The notes: generated by a model not told the origin, from the sequence alone. A stretch of DNA of 64,000 nt from an uncultured Ignavibacteriales bacterium (GCA_964503315.1 CAZCZL010000014.1:4159-68158), one strand, 5' to 3'. Counted from the stretch's first letter, positions 1 to 10,904 are shown. A program made the numbers and translations.

Positions 1-1
1 C

Positions 2-268
2 AAGTCTGTTCAAGTTACCTGGGATTTTACCGGTGACACCAAAGTATATCGCTACTTCGAAGCTATCCGCCTTGACGGCATGTGCACCGCGTGCCACGGG
101 AAAACCGAGGATATGGATGAGGAGGTCGTGGCGAAACTTCAGCAACTTTATCCCAATGACCGGGCTGTCGGATTCAAATCGGGCGACCTGAGAGGAATGT
201 TCTCTGTCTCCGCCATCTGGCCGGATGGAAAAGCCGAAGCCGAAAAGCTTGTCGCGGCCGCACACTAA
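2..268 (+). CDS. C-terminal fragment of a c-type haem-binding sensor-like protein (DUF3365/Tll0287-like layout); 5' end lies outside the window
   Basis: Frame 2 is open from nt 2. The translation ...KVYRYFEAIRLDGMCTACHGK... carries a CxxCH haem-c attachment motif (CTACH), followed by ...YPNDRAVGFKSGDLRGMFSV. Stop at 266-268. Confidence 0.6.
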   Translation, partial: KSVQVTWDFTGDTKVYRYFEAIRLDGMCTACHGKTEDMDEEVVAKLQQLYPNDRAVGFKSGDLRGMFSVSAIWPDGKAEAEKLVAAAH

Positions 269-383
269 CTGACTCTCCATTGCGCTTACAGGGTCAGCAA
301 GCTGATTGCTCGTTGACCCTGCGGCACAAATTCGCCTTATTGTCGTTATGCGTCAAACTCCGCAGGATTGGATCAAATAACCG

Positions 384-1091
384 GTGCTTCTCGAAGTCTC
401 CGACCTTCACCTCAACTACGACCATATCGCCGCGCTTAAGGGCGTCTCGCTCACGCTGGAAAAGGGCGAGATCGTCGCCATCATCGGCGCAAACGGCGCC
501 GGCAAGACCACGCTTATTAATACTATCTCGGGTGTACTAAAACCGCACAAGGGTGAGATCCGCTTCAAGGGTGAAGTTGTTTCGGGGCAACCGGCCTACA
601 AGATCACACGCAAGAAGATCATCCAGGTCCCCGAAGGGCGCAAGGTCTTCAACAAGCTCTCGGTGCTGGAGAATATGGAAATGGGCGCTTTTGCCATCAA
701 TGACAAGGCGCGGATTCGTCAGAATATCGACCGGATGCAGGAGCTGTTTCCTATCCTGAAGGAGCGCGCATCCCAAGCCGCCGGAACTTTATCCGGTGGT
801 GAACAGCAGATGCTGGCGATCGCCCGCGGTCTTATGGCGGAACCGGAATTGCTGATGTTCGATGAACCATCGATGGGCCTCTCTCCCGTGATGGTCGAGA
901 AGGTCTTCCAGATCATTAAAGAGATAAATCAGCGTGGCATAAGTTGTCTGCTCGTCGAACAAAACGCCCGTAAATCACTGCAAATAGCCCATCGAGCCTA
1001 CGTCCTTGAGACCGGCTCTATCGTTCTTTCGGATACCGCGTCGCATCTGCTGGAAAATGAGCAGGTGAAAAAAGCGTATCTCGGCGCATAA
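384..1091 (+). CDS. livF: ABC transporter ATP-binding protein, LivF type
   Basis: 235 aa. Walker A 'GANGAGKTT', signature 'LSGGEQQMLAIARGL', Walker B 'LLMFDEPSMGL', LivF-like C-terminus '...VKKAYLGA'. GTG start. Confidence 0.85.
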   Translation: MLLEVSDLHLNYDHIAALKGVSLTLEKGEIVAIIGANGAGKTTLINTISGVLKPHKGEIRFKGEVVSGQPAYKITRKKIIQVPEGRKVFNKLSVLENMEMGAFAINDKARIRQNIDRMQELFPILKERASQAAGTLSGGEQQMLAIARGLMAEPELLMFDEPSMGLSPVMVEKVFQIIKEINQRGISCLLVEQNARKSLQIAHRAYVLETGSIVLSDTASHLLENEQVKKAYLGA

Positions 1092-1118
1092 CTGCCCGTC
1101 GCTGCTATCCACTCACCC

Positions 1119-1149
1119 GTCTGAGTTAGTCAGACTAATTTTCGATTTC
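1119..1149 (+). terminator. Weak Rho-independent terminator candidate after livF
   Basis: Hairpin gtctga-gttag-tcagac (1119-1135) followed by the T-rich run taattttcgatttc. Confidence 0.35.
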
Positions 1150-1240
1150 ATCGCGTACTCATCGTTTTTTTAGAACCTTCCGGCCGTAACGGCTGTTATC
1201 ATCTTAGTGAATTTCTTCACATGAATCTGGTCGCACTCGT

Positions 1241-2608
1241 GTGGCCCTGAGGATTGAGCTTATGGATGCGCTGACATTATCACGGTGGCAGTTCGGACTG
1301 ACCATCGGATTCCATTACCTCTTCCCCGTGCTCAGCATCGGCCTCGGCTTCCTGTTGGTCATCATGGAGGGGATGTATCTCAAGACGGGGCGGGAACTCT
1401 ACCACCAGATGACCCGCTTCTGGGTCAAGATCTTTGGACTGATTTTCGCGCTTGGAGTGGCCACCGGAATTGTCATGGAGTTCCAGTTCGGCACCAATTG
1501 GTCGAACTACTCGCGCTTTGTCGGCGATGTCTTCGGCAGCGCCCTGGCCGCAGAGGGTATCTTCGCGTTTTTCCTCGAATCCGGTTTCCTCGCCCTGCTC
1601 CTCTTCGGTTGGAACAAGGTCTCCAAGAAAATGCACTTCTTCTCGACTGTGATGGTCGCGGCAGGTGCGCACTTCAGCGCTATTTGGATAGTCGTCGCCA
1701 ATTCCTGGCAGCAGACTCCAGCCGGACACCATATCGTCAACCTTGAGATCGGCACCCGCGCTGAGATCACGGACTTCTGGGCGATGGTCTTCAATCCGTC
1801 ATTTGTCGATCGCATCTGGCATGTCTATATGGGCGCCTGGCAGGCCGGGGCGTTTTTTGTCCTGTCAGTCTCAGCATGGTACCTGCTGAAAAATCGCCAC
1901 CTCGATTTCGCGAAGATCTCCCTTAAGATCGGTCTGGTCTTCGCCGCCATTGCGTCTCTCCTTCAATTGGTCAGCGGACATGAGAGCGCGGTCGGTGTCG
2001 CGAAAAATCAACCGGCCAAACTGGCGGCGTTCGAGGCACATTACCCTGTCTCCGCTCCCGCCGACCTTTACCTGTTTGGCTGGGTCGATGATGAATCACA
2101 GATCGTCAAGTACGGTCTCAAAGCCCCGGGCATGCTTAGTTACCTTGTCTATGGAGACGTCACTCATCCGGTCACCGGACTGAATCAATTCCCCGCGGAT
2201 GAACGCCCGCCGGTCAATCTCGTTTTCCAGGCGTACCATGCGATGGTCGGTATCGGCATGCTGCTCATCCTGCTGTCATGGCTGGGGCTCTATCTTCTCT
2301 GGCGTAAGAAACTCTGGCAAGCCAGATGGTATCTCTACGCCCTGGTCGGGTCGGTGATGTTGCCGCAGGCCGCCAACCAGCTTGGATGGTTCAGTGCGGA
2401 GGTAGGACGGCAACCCTGGGTGGTTTATGGGTTGCTCAAAACCGCAGATGGCCTCTCGCCAACTGTCAAAGCGGGCGAAGTTATGGCTTCGATAATTATG
2501 TTTGGTATCATCTATGCATTGCTGTTCGTACTTTTCCTTTATCTGCTGAATGAAAAGATTCAGCATGGACCCGAAGATGATTCCATCGCGGAAGGACATC
2601 GCGCATGA
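1241..2608 (+). CDS. cydA: Cytochrome bd ubiquinol oxidase subunit I
   Basis: ORF starts at GTG 1241. In-frame ATG 1262 ([12 protein letters not shown]...) is the more typical CydA N-terminus. Motifs '[12 protein letters not shown]', '[14 protein letters not shown]', '[11 protein letters not shown]'. Length fits the short Q-loop class. Confidence 0.9.
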   Translation: MALRIELMDALTLSRWQFGLTIGFHYLFPVLSIGLGFLLVIMEGMYLKTGRELYHQMTRFWVKIFGLIFALGVATGIVMEFQFGTNWSNYSRFVGDVFGSALAAEGIFAFFLESGFLALLLFGWNKVSKKMHFFSTVMVAAGAHFSAIWIVVANSWQQTPAGHHIVNLEIGTRAEITDFWAMVFNPSFVDRIWHVYMGAWQAGAFFVLSVSAWYLLKNRHLDFAKISLKIGLVFAAIASLLQLVSGHESAVGVAKNQPAKLAAFEAHYPVSAPADLYLFGWVDDESQIVKYGLKAPGMLSYLVYGDVTHPVTGLNQFPADERPPVNLVFQAYHAMVGIGMLLILLSWLGLYLLWRKKLWQARWYLYALVGSVMLPQAANQLGWFSAEVGRQPWVVYGLLKTADGLSPTVKAGEVMASIIMFGIIYALLFVLFLYLLNEKIQHGPEDDSIAEGHRA

Positions 2609-3627
2609 ACATTGACCTCAACACTATCTGGTTTGGGATAATTGGCATCCTTTTCACCGGGTACGCGATCCTTGACGGATTTGACCTTGGCGTCGGCGCC
2701 CTGCATCTCTTCTCCAAAGGAGACACCGAGCGACGGACCATGCTCAACGCCATCGGCCCGGTCTGGGATGGGAACGAGGTCTGGCTCGTGACCGCCGGTG
2801 GCGCGCTGTTCGCCGCCTTCCCGGAAGTTTACGCCACCGCTTTCTCCGGATTCTACCTCGCCTTCATGCTGCTTCTCGCCGCGCTGATCTTTCGGGCGGT
2901 CGCGATCGAGTTTCGATCCAAGCGAGAGGGTAAGATCTGGAGACAAGGGTGGGATATCAGTTTCTCCGCAGCTAGCATCCTTGCGTCGCTCTTGATCGGG
3001 ATTGCGCTCGGCAATATCGCGTGGGGGATACCGCTCGACTCCCAGCATGAGTTCGCCGGATCTTTTTTGGGGATGATACATCCATATTCGTTACTGGTCG
3101 GTATCACCACGGTCGCGCTGTTCATGATGCATGGTTCCATCTATGTCGTGCTCAAAACTGAAGGGAACCTCCAGGCGCGGGCCAGACTCTGGACCCGCAA
3201 TGGCATCATCTTCTTTATCATCGGGTACGCCTTCACGACGCTCTTCACGCTACTATATGTTCCACATATGACCGACACGATCAGGGAGCACCCTGCGCTG
3301 TTCATTGTCCCGATGATCACCATTCTCGCGATCGCCAATATTCCGCGCGAGATCCACCACGGCCGCGATTTCCGCGCGTTCCTCTCCTCATCGCTGGCGG
3401 TGGCCGCTTTGCTGGCGCTTTTCGGTATCGGCATGTATCCATTCATGATCTTTTCTCAGCCGATGCCGGAGAACAGCCTGACCATCTACAATGCCGCGTC
3501 ATCGCCCGACACGCTCAAGATCATGCTGATCATCGCCCTCATCGGCATGCCGATGGTGCTGGCGTACACGATCAGTATCTATTGGATATTCCGTGGAAAA
3601 GTGAAGCTGGAGAAAACTAGTTACTAG
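2605..3627 (+). CDS. cydB: Cytochrome bd ubiquinol oxidase subunit II
   Basis: 340 aa polytopic membrane protein. N-terminus '...[25 protein letters not shown]' is typical of CydB. ATGA start/stop overlap with cydA. Confidence 0.9.
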   Translation: MNIDLNTIWFGIIGILFTGYAILDGFDLGVGALHLFSKGDTERRTMLNAIGPVWDGNEVWLVTAGGALFAAFPEVYATAFSGFYLAFMLLLAALIFRAVAIEFRSKREGKIWRQGWDISFSAASILASLLIGIALGNIAWGIPLDSQHEFAGSFLGMIHPYSLLVGITTVALFMMHGSIYVVLKTEGNLQARARLWTRNGIIFFIIGYAFTTLFTLLYVPHMTDTIREHPALFIVPMITILAIANIPREIHHGRDFRAFLSSSLAVAALLALFGIGMYPFMIFSQPMPENSLTIYNAASSPDTLKIMLIIALIGMPMVLAYTISIYWIFRGKVKLEKTSY

Positions 3628-3638
3628 AGCGCGAAAGA

Positions 3639-6272
3639 CTACATCAGCACGACCAGCGTCCCGATCTGGGTCTTGCCGTTCTCATCCTCGACCGACCAAT
3701 AGTACAGCCCCGAGACGATCATCTGCACATTGCGGTTGATCATGTCCCACGTCGCGTGGTTGGCTTTGGGGTCAGACGGGTCAACATCGTGTCGAAGTTC
3801 CCGTACCAGGTCGCCGTCCAGTGTATGTATCCGGATAGTGCACTTTGCCGGCACATTGACAAAGTGTATCGCGCGTACTCGGTCGTTGATCTTTTCCGGA
3901 TGTCCTCTTCCCTCCCAACCTCCATCCCGGTACCCACCGTCAGTTCGATACGGGTTCGGATAGATATAGACTGGCGGAAGGGTTCCATCCAATTGATCCG
4001 TGGAACTGGCCGGATAGGCCGACTGCAATCCGAGAAGTTTGGCGCTCTCGAGAGGCTGGAGCCCGACCTTTGGCGATCCAAAATCAAATGCCGTCACGCT
4101 CACATAATACGGCACGGTCGGGAGGAGACCGGTGATCTCGCACTCATACTCGTAATATTTCAACTGGCCGTCTTCGGTCAGCATATCCGGTGTGATAGGC
4201 AGTTCGAAATTCGGTTTCGGTTCATTCGGGAATCGCTTCTTTATCGGCGTGTCGATCCCCAGCCGAGACACGTTGTTGTCATGCGGCACGAAATAGAGAA
4301 TAGAGTCAAGATACCGCGCCCCGCGATACGGATTCAGCGGTCCGTGGTTCGCCGGATGAAACAGCGTATCAGCGCACGGATCAAGCGCGCTGCTGAATCG
4401 GCAGCGGATCTCGTCGACTGTTGCCGGTATTCCTGTCAGCTCATATCCGGGAGTCGGCTTCTTGCGTTCGTTATACGCGTAGATATCCCAGTTATTAAAA
4501 TCGTACGATGCCGCCAGCCCTAAGCTCGCCTCTCGATCATCTCTCCCCAGATACACATGGTACCCCTCAAAATCGACATACCCCGAAAGGAAATCCCGAT
4601 AGATCTCGGAGCGATACCCGTTGAAGCGTACCTTCACCCCATTGACGATCGGTTCAAGCCAGATCAGCGGCGAAGGCGGCGGTGATTCCGCTCGCCAGTC
4701 CGGCACACCGTCCCCTTCGTAGTACGTGGTATCGACGACTGTCGCCACCCAGTGACCATCGACGAAGGAGGAATCAAGGACGCATATCCGTGTTTTCCCG
4801 AAATACCCATCGCCATCGGTATCGATCCCCGGATTATCATAAATGCGTCCCGCCCAGGCGGCATTGGTGGCGAACGGCGCTATGTTCAGACCTTGCAGAT
4901 AGCGCTCCGGATAGTAATTCCCAAATCGAAGGTTCATATAGGCGTTGATGAAGTCAACATGTAGACTCTCACCACCTATATACGCGAATGGAATGTCAAC
5001 CTGCTCACGCGGCCTAAGAGAATACGGCCCAAGCGACATCAGGTAGCACCCATCCGCGCCGCGCGAGATAGTCCTCGCGTTGGACGCGTTCGGCGGCATC
5101 CAGACAGGATCAGAGACGGCGATCCGGCCGGTCATCACCTGACCGTAATCGATCTCGCCATTACTCATTAGGAAATACTTCGCACGATCTCCGGCCGGCG
5201 CGCCAAATCCATTCCCCAGATTGCGGTAGTTCTCGCGCTTCTGAGGTCCGAAATCAAACGGCGTACCGATTCCGGGCACCCACCAGTTGAATGACAACTG
5301 CTCATCCGGGGTCGGCTGGCGAAGGAACCGGATCCCCGTCACATTCGGCACCATCAATCCTGTCGATGATACCCAGTCGCCATCCATATCCGCCGACCAG
5401 GCAAGATTCAGCGTATCGTCAAATTCGCATTGTGTGTAATTACTCGCTGGATACGACTCCAGGAACCCGATAATATCATCCCTTCCACCGGACTCTGTCT
5501 TGTTCGGCGTGGAATTGAGACTCACGCCAAAATCCACCTGGTAGCGATGCGCGTCCGGATCCATGAACACACCCGCGTACAGCGAGCTGATATCATTGTT
5601 GCCGATATTCGTTATCCGCAGATTGAACAGGATGATGTCATCCGCGTACCCATAAGACCACATGTAGGATTCCTGGCGGACCTCAATTCCAAGCGGCCGG
5701 TGCCCTCGGCCATCCGTTTGATCGAACGACGCAAACGCGTTCCCAAACGTTAAGGTATCTTGATAGACAGCGACTATATCCTGCTCTGACTTGGCGTCGA
5801 TGATCATATCCTCGGTCGGCCCAAGGGTCGATCGTCTCTGAAACAGCCCGTAAGGGTAAGCATCGGGATGAAACTCGCGCGAGTAGTTGTTCTGCTGCAC
5901 CGCGGTTGATACCAGCGTATCACGCCCTACTACGCCACCGATCCAAACGCCGCCGTGGTAGAGATAGATCTTATTGCTCGATTTTGGATACTGCATATCG
6001 CCGATCTTGGCGCCGGTGAAACAATCGTAGTAAAAGTTCTCCTTGCCGTGACTAAGCCTCCCGAAATTGGTCAACCCGACATACATCTTCCCCAGATCAT
6101 GCGCGGTTACGCAGTAGGCCGGAGTGGTGGTCTGGGCAATGACTGGCACGGATAGGCAGGTCAGCAGGAACAGGAGGAAAACTCCCCCTGAGAACATCAA
6201 GCGAGTTTTGTTTAACGTGCCGCAGACGGTCATAGTGACTTCACTAGTGCAGGAAACAGCGACCGAAGTCAA
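3639..6272 (-). CDS. Large secreted protein, paralogue 1 of an unnamed ~880-aa family with a T9SS/FlgD-Ig-like C-terminal domain
   Basis: 877-aa ORF. The start is more likely ATG 6233 (MTVCGTLNKTRLMFSGGVFLLFLLTCLSVPVIAQ signal peptide). Carries 'YDNPGIDTDGDGYFGK' (Ca-loop-like), 'GDGVPDWRAESPPPSP', 'RFNGYRSE...DFEGYHVYLGRDDRE' and 'LPTVPYYVSVTAFDFGSP' (FN3-like). The tail 'YIYPNPYR...CTIRIHTLDGDLVRELRHD...ATWDMINRN...SGLYYWSVED...IGTLVVLM' has the pattern of T9SS type-A/FlgD-Ig sorting domains. Confidence 0.85.
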   Translation of the reverse strand: MTSVAVSCTSEVTMTVCGTLNKTRLMFSGGVFLLFLLTCLSVPVIAQTTTPAYCVTAHDLGKMYVGLTNFGRLSHGKENFYYDCFTGAKIGDMQYPKSSNKIYLYHGGVWIGGVVGRDTLVSTAVQQNNYSREFHPDAYPYGLFQRRSTLGPTEDMIIDAKSEQDIVAVYQDTLTFGNAFASFDQTDGRGHRPLGIEVRQESYMWSYGYADDIILFNLRITNIGNNDISSLYAGVFMDPDAHRYQVDFGVSLNSTPNKTESGGRDDIIGFLESYPASNYTQCEFDDTLNLAWSADMDGDWVSSTGLMVPNVTGIRFLRQPTPDEQLSFNWWVPGIGTPFDFGPQKRENYRNLGNGFGAPAGDRAKYFLMSNGEIDYGQVMTGRIAVSDPVWMPPNASNARTISRGADGCYLMSLGPYSLRPREQVDIPFAYIGGESLHVDFINAYMNLRFGNYYPERYLQGLNIAPFATNAAWAGRIYDNPGIDTDGDGYFGKTRICVLDSSFVDGHWVATVVDTTYYEGDGVPDWRAESPPPSPLIWLEPIVNGVKVRFNGYRSEIYRDFLSGYVDFEGYHVYLGRDDREASLGLAASYDFNNWDIYAYNERKKPTPGYELTGIPATVDEIRCRFSSALDPCADTLFHPANHGPLNPYRGARYLDSILYFVPHDNNVSRLGIDTPIKKRFPNEPKPNFELPITPDMLTEDGQLKYYEYECEITGLLPTVPYYVSVTAFDFGSPKVGLQPLESAKLLGLQSAYPASSTDQLDGTLPPVYIYPNPYRTDGGYRDGGWEGRGHPEKINDRVRAIHFVNVPAKCTIRIHTLDGDLVRELRHDVDPSDPKANHATWDMINRNVQMIVSGLYYWSVEDENGKTQIGTLVVLM

Positions 6273-6302
6273 GCGCGACCTGGCCCGCCCTTTCGCCGCC
6301 GA

Positions 6303-8984
6303 TTACATCAGGACAACCAGTGTCCCGATCTGGGTCTTCCCCTGATCATCTTCCACGGACCAGTAGTACAACCCGGAAACGATCATCTGTACATTGCGCG
6401 AGATCATATCCCACGTCGCGTAATGCGCGTTGGGATCCGATGGATCCATATCATGCCGTAGTTCGCGGATCAGATCCCCATCCAGCGAATGGATCCGGAT
6501 CGTGCATTTCGCCGGTACATTCACGAAGTGGATCGCCCGCACCCGGTCGTTTATTCGATCGTAGTCCCCTCGGCCTTCCCACCCTCCATCGCGATACCCA
6601 TCATCCACTCTGTAGGGATTCGGGTAGATATAGACCGGCGGAAGGACATCGCCTAACTGGTCCGCGGATGCCGCGGGATAGGCATACTGAATATTCAGCA
6701 CACGCGAACTCTCCAGCGGCTGAAGGCCCGCCTTGGGTGAACCGAAATCAAACGCGGTAACATTCACATAATACGGAACAGTCGGGAGCAATCCCGGTAT
6801 CTCGCACTCATATTCGTAATACTTGAAATACCCGTCCTCGGTCAACATGTCCGGCGTCACCGGCTGCAACAGATCGGGCTTGGGTTCATCCGGGAACCGT
6901 TTCTTGATGGGCGTATCGTACCCGAGCCGGTAGACATTGTTGTCATGCGGCTGGAAATAGACGGTCGAATCAAGATACCGGGCCGACTGATACGGATTCG
7001 ACATCCCATGTTCACTCGGTCGCAGCAAGGTGTCGTTGCACGGGTCGGCCGCGTTGCTGAAGCGACACCGAATCTCTTCAGCGGTCGCCGGTATCCCCAC
7101 TAATTCATATCCCGGGCGCGGCTTTTTCTTGGGGTTATAGGCATAGATATCGTAATTCTCCCGATCATACGACGCCGCCATCGACAACGATGACTCACGG
7201 TCGTCGCGCCCGATATAGACATGATACCCCTCGAAATCGACAAGACCGGACAAAAAGTCGCGCGTCGTCTCCGACTGGTATCCATTGAACCTGACACGTA
7301 TCCCGTTCACTGTCTGGCTCAACCACATCGGCGGAGCCGGCGGTGGCGAGGCCGCTCGCCAATCCGGGATACCATCCCCCTCGTAATACGTCGTGTCTAC
7401 TACCGTATATTTCCAGACGCCGTCGACGAACGCTGAATCGAGGAAACAGAGACGCATCTTCCCCGCGTAGCCATCGCTATCCGAATCGACTCCTGGATTG
7501 TCGTAGATGCGCGATGCCCAGACCGCGTTGGTGGCGAAAGGATCGAAATTCAGCCCCTGCCAATATTTGTCCGGCTTATATCCAAACCCGAGATTCAGAT
7601 GACCATTCCACAAGTCGACATGCAGACTCTCACCGCCCACAAACGCCCATGGGATCTGAATCGTTTCATTCGGATCAAGGTCATATGGTCCCAATGACAG
7701 CAGATAGAACCCATCGCCAACCTTTGAGAGTTGCAGCGAAATCGCCGGATTTGGATACGCCCACACCGGATCACTGATGGCTATCTTCGCCGTGAACGGC
7801 TGCGAATAATCGACCTCTCCGTTACTCAGCAAGAAATACTTGCTCCGGTCACCGATCGGTTGACCGATCCCCGAGCCCAAATTCCGGAAATGGTCCCGGT
7901 GCTGTGGGCCAAAATCATACGCCGGATCGCCGTTCGGGATCCACCAGTTGAAGGACAACTGCTCATCCCCCTCCGGCGGGCGCAGGAACCTCACCCCGGT
8001 GACATTCGGCACCGCGAAGGTCTCGGTCGACCAACTGGCATCCCCATTACCGTCGGTCGTAAATGCCATCTGGATAGTGTCCACATAGTCACACTGCGAG
8101 TAATACCTCGCCGGATGCGAATACAGGAATCCGGTCACGTCATCGCGACCGTTGGTCGGACGTTTCGCCGTCCCCGGCTGGCTCGCGCCGAAATCCTGCG
8201 CGAAGGTATGAACATCGGCGTCCATATTGATACCGAAATACAGCGAACGGATCGGATGATCACTGATATTGGTTAGTTGACAATTGAACAGGATAAAATC
8301 ATCCGCATACCCATACGACCAGGCATAGGACTCCTGGTGAATGGCTATCCCCAGCGGTCGATGCGACCGGTTCTCCAAACCATCATTCGACGGAAACGCG
8401 TTCCCCGATACCAGCGTATCGTAATAATCACAGACCAGATCCTGCTCGGATACCGCGTTCAGGAATTCAGGCGCGTTCGGGTCTAGAGTCGAACGTTTCT
8501 GGAATCGGCCATCCGGAAGCGCGTCAGGATGAAATTCGCGCGACCACGTGTTATGTTCCTCGGAGGTCGAAACCAGCGTATCCTCTCCGACCACACCCCC
8601 GACCCAGACGCCCCCCTTGTACAGATAAACGGTATTGGTCCCGCGAGGATATTGACAGTCAGGGATCTTTGCCCCGGTGAAGCAATCGAAGTAGAATGCC
8701 TCATTGCCGAAGCTGAGTCTCCCGAAATTGGTGACCCCGACAAACAGCTTTCCGATATTGTGTGGCGTAATGCAATACCCCGGCGATGCCGCGCTGGCCG
8801 TAATGATCGGACGATCCGATTGGCCCACCGCTGCCGCGTGAAGCGAACTCAGAATTAATAGACTCCCCACTAACAATTGCAAAGATCTTCGAAAATTCAA
8901 TCTCTCACCACAATACTGTCGATCTACCGGAGCCAGTCGTACCATCTGTCCGGGCGGATATGATAATGGAAAGATGTGAGACAA
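6303..8984 (-). CDS. Large secreted protein, paralogue 2 (tandem copy)
   Basis: 893-aa ORF, colinear with paralogue 1 along its whole length. Long identical runs include 'RVRAIHFVNVPAKCTIRIH', 'RNVQMIVSGLYYWSVED' and 'KTQIGTLVVLM'. Hydrophobic N-terminal segment 'LLVGSLLILSSLHAAAVGQ'. Only 30 nt separate it from paralogue 1. Start codon uncertain. Confidence 0.85.
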   Translation of the reverse strand: MSHIFPLSYPPGQMVRLAPVDRQYCGERLNFRRSLQLLVGSLLILSSLHAAAVGQSDRPIITASAASPGYCITPHNIGKLFVGVTNFGRLSFGNEAFYFDCFTGAKIPDCQYPRGTNTVYLYKGGVWVGGVVGEDTLVSTSEEHNTWSREFHPDALPDGRFQKRSTLDPNAPEFLNAVSEQDLVCDYYDTLVSGNAFPSNDGLENRSHRPLGIAIHQESYAWSYGYADDFILFNCQLTNISDHPIRSLYFGINMDADVHTFAQDFGASQPGTAKRPTNGRDDVTGFLYSHPARYYSQCDYVDTIQMAFTTDGNGDASWSTETFAVPNVTGVRFLRPPEGDEQLSFNWWIPNGDPAYDFGPQHRDHFRNLGSGIGQPIGDRSKYFLLSNGEVDYSQPFTAKIAISDPVWAYPNPAISLQLSKVGDGFYLLSLGPYDLDPNETIQIPWAFVGGESLHVDLWNGHLNLGFGYKPDKYWQGLNFDPFATNAVWASRIYDNPGVDSDSDGYAGKMRLCFLDSAFVDGVWKYTVVDTTYYEGDGIPDWRAASPPPAPPMWLSQTVNGIRVRFNGYQSETTRDFLSGLVDFEGYHVYIGRDDRESSLSMAASYDRENYDIYAYNPKKKPRPGYELVGIPATAEEIRCRFSNAADPCNDTLLRPSEHGMSNPYQSARYLDSTVYFQPHDNNVYRLGYDTPIKKRFPDEPKPDLLQPVTPDMLTEDGYFKYYEYECEIPGLLPTVPYYVNVTAFDFGSPKAGLQPLESSRVLNIQYAYPAASADQLGDVLPPVYIYPNPYRVDDGYRDGGWEGRGDYDRINDRVRAIHFVNVPAKCTIRIHSLDGDLIRELRHDMDPSDPNAHYATWDMISRNVQMIVSGLYYWSVEDDQGKTQIGTLVVLM

Positions 8985-9191
8985 ACAAGGTGTATAACTG
9001 CCTGTGTGCGAAGAAGCAGGGGTGCCGTAGTGATGGCTTACCGGCCCCAGGTAATGCGCAGAATCTGCGAGTCAATGACCATGCCGAATTAGGCCTGCGA
9101 CCAGAGGATTATAACAGGTGCGACAAGCGGTTATGGCCGCCCCTCAGGATAGTGGCGGCTCCTCGCCGGATCGTACGAAACTGGCCTCCCC

Positions 9192-10904
9192 TCACAGCTT
9201 GAAGCTGGTGATGATTTTGACCAATTCTTCCGCCTGGTTGCCGAGTTCTTTCGATGTCGAGGTCGACTGTTCCGCACTTGCCGCGGTATCTCGGGTCGAG
9301 GATGCAAACTGCTCAACATTGCGCGCTATCTCTTCCGCCGCCCTGTTCTGCTCTGAGGACGCTGCGGAGATCTGCTGGATCATACCCGATACCTGTTCTA
9401 CCAACTGGACAATACCGTTGAGACTTTCGCCCGCCTTGTCCGCCAGATGGGTACCGCGTTGCACCTGATCGACGCTTGACTCCATCGATTGAACCGCCGA
9501 TTCGGTCTGCGACTGTATGTCACTGACCATGCTGACTATCTGGGTAGCCGCCTGGCCGGTCTTTTCGGCGAGTTTGCGCACTTCATCAGCTACGACCGCA
9601 AATCCCCTTCCCTGTTCACCGGCCCGAGCCGCCTCGATCGCGGCATTCAATGCCAGCAAATTGGTCTGGTCCGCTATGTCACGGATCACCTCGATCATCC
9701 GACTTATCTCATTGGCGGAGTTCGATAACTGACCGATCGACTTGGCCGATTCGCTGACTTGTGTCGCTATCTGCTGCATTCCCTGAATGGTCTGCCCTAC
9801 TACCTCGGCACCGTGGCTTGCAGTACGGGAGGCCTGTTCCGATACTGCGGTCGCCTGACCTGTGTTCTTGCTCGTCTCACCAATATTGACAACCATCTGC
9901 TCGATAGCAGCAGACATCTGACCGACGCGATCAACCTGTGTCCGCGCGCTGCCGGACACCTGCTCCGAGGCCGCCGAGATCTCCTGGGATGCCAGCGCGA
10001 GCTTGTCCGCGATCGAACGAAGCTGCGACAGGATCGACTCCAGTCGCTGGATCATGGCTGTATAGGCCCGACCTAATCTGTCACGCTCCGACCGTGGAGC
10101 AACCTCCACCCTCAGGTCCCCGTCAGCCACCTGGCTCGATGCACCGGCAAACATTTTGATATAGTCGATCAGTTGCTGAATGGATTTGAGAAATGTCCCT
10201 ATCTCATCTTCTGACCGGATCTTGATCTCCTGATCGATATCCCCTTCCGTCGCTTTGGTCAGTTTCTGGCGCACGGATGACAATGGTTCGAATATCCAGC
10301 GATGTAACACCCACGCGATTGTCCCCAGGAGAAACAGAGCCGTCAGAAACATAAGCCAGAAGTTGGTGAAGTAAGTCGAGGCCGTTGCCTCGGTCATTTC
10401 CTTCTGCGAAATGACCGTCTTCAGTCCGCCCAGGACAACGTCGGCTTTTCCGTCATGACAACTCTGGCACGCTTCGTGATTCACAAAGGCCTTGTAATAG
10501 ACTTGATACGTCTCGCCTGAATCATCCTGATAAGTAAACGAAGTATCTTTCCGCGATGACAGTACACGGTCCCAGGACGGGTCAGCTGATTTCTTACCCA
10601 CCAGCGTCTTCATGGAACTGCGCGCTACCTGTCGGTCGGCGTCAACAATCGTCATTTCGGTCGCAATGCCGCGCGTAACCGCCTCTTCCGTCAACGGCTG
10701 CAACTTGTCGTTCGCTCCATTGAGCATTATCTCCTCGATATGTCCATTAACCGACCAGCTCAACGACTCGACCCCTTTGTTACTGATATCTTTCATTGCC
10801 GCCGTTTGCAGGTGGCCATTCACGATGGCGAGGATTGTGAACAGCATCAGGAGGCTTCCCCCCAGGATTGCGAGAATTCGCGACCGCACCGATGTCATTC
10901 TCAT
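9192..10904 (-). CDS. Methyl-accepting chemotaxis protein with a CxxCH motif in the periplasmic sensor region
   Basis: 570 aa. Layout is TM1, ~150-aa periplasmic segment ending '...[13 protein letters not shown]' (codons at 10455-10469), TM2, HAMP, then the invariant signalling hairpin '[38 protein letters not shown]'. Confidence 0.9.
   Translation of the reverse strand: MRMTSVRSRILAILGGSLLMLFTILAIVNGHLQTAAMKDISNKGVESLSWSVNGHIEEIMLNGANDKLQPLTEEAVTRGIATEMTIVDADRQVARSSMKTLVGKKSADPSWDRVLSSRKDTSFTYQDDSGETYQVYYKAFVNHEACQSCHDGKADVVLGGLKTVISQKEMTEATASTYFTNFWLMFLTALFLLGTIAWVLHRWIFEPLSSVRQKLTKATEGDIDQEIKIRSEDEIGTFLKSIQQLIDYIKMFAGASSQVADGDLRVEVAPRSERDRLGRAYTAMIQRLESILSQLRSIADKLALASQEISAASEQVSGSARTQVDRVGQMSAAIEQMVVNIGETSKNTGQATAVSEQASRTASHGAEVVGQTIQGMQQIATQVSESAKSIGQLSNSANEISRMIEVIRDIADQTNLLALNAAIEAARAGEQGRGFAVVADEVRKLAEKTGQAATQIVSMVSDIQSQTESAVQSMESSVDQVQRGTHLADKAGESLNGIVQLVEQVSGMIQQISAASSEQNRAAEEIARNVEQFASSTRDTAASAEQSTSTSKELGNQAEELVKIITSFKL

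Noticed and set aside
384-1091. livF as an orphan ATPase without livGHMK partners
   Set aside because: The window starts only 380 nt upstream, so the partner genes could lie just outside the window or elsewhere in the genome. This is not interpretable from the data.
3628-3638. A small cydX-like ORF after cydB
   Set aside because: Only 11 nt separate cydB from the convergent gene, which leaves no room for a small ORF. None was seen upstream of cydA either.
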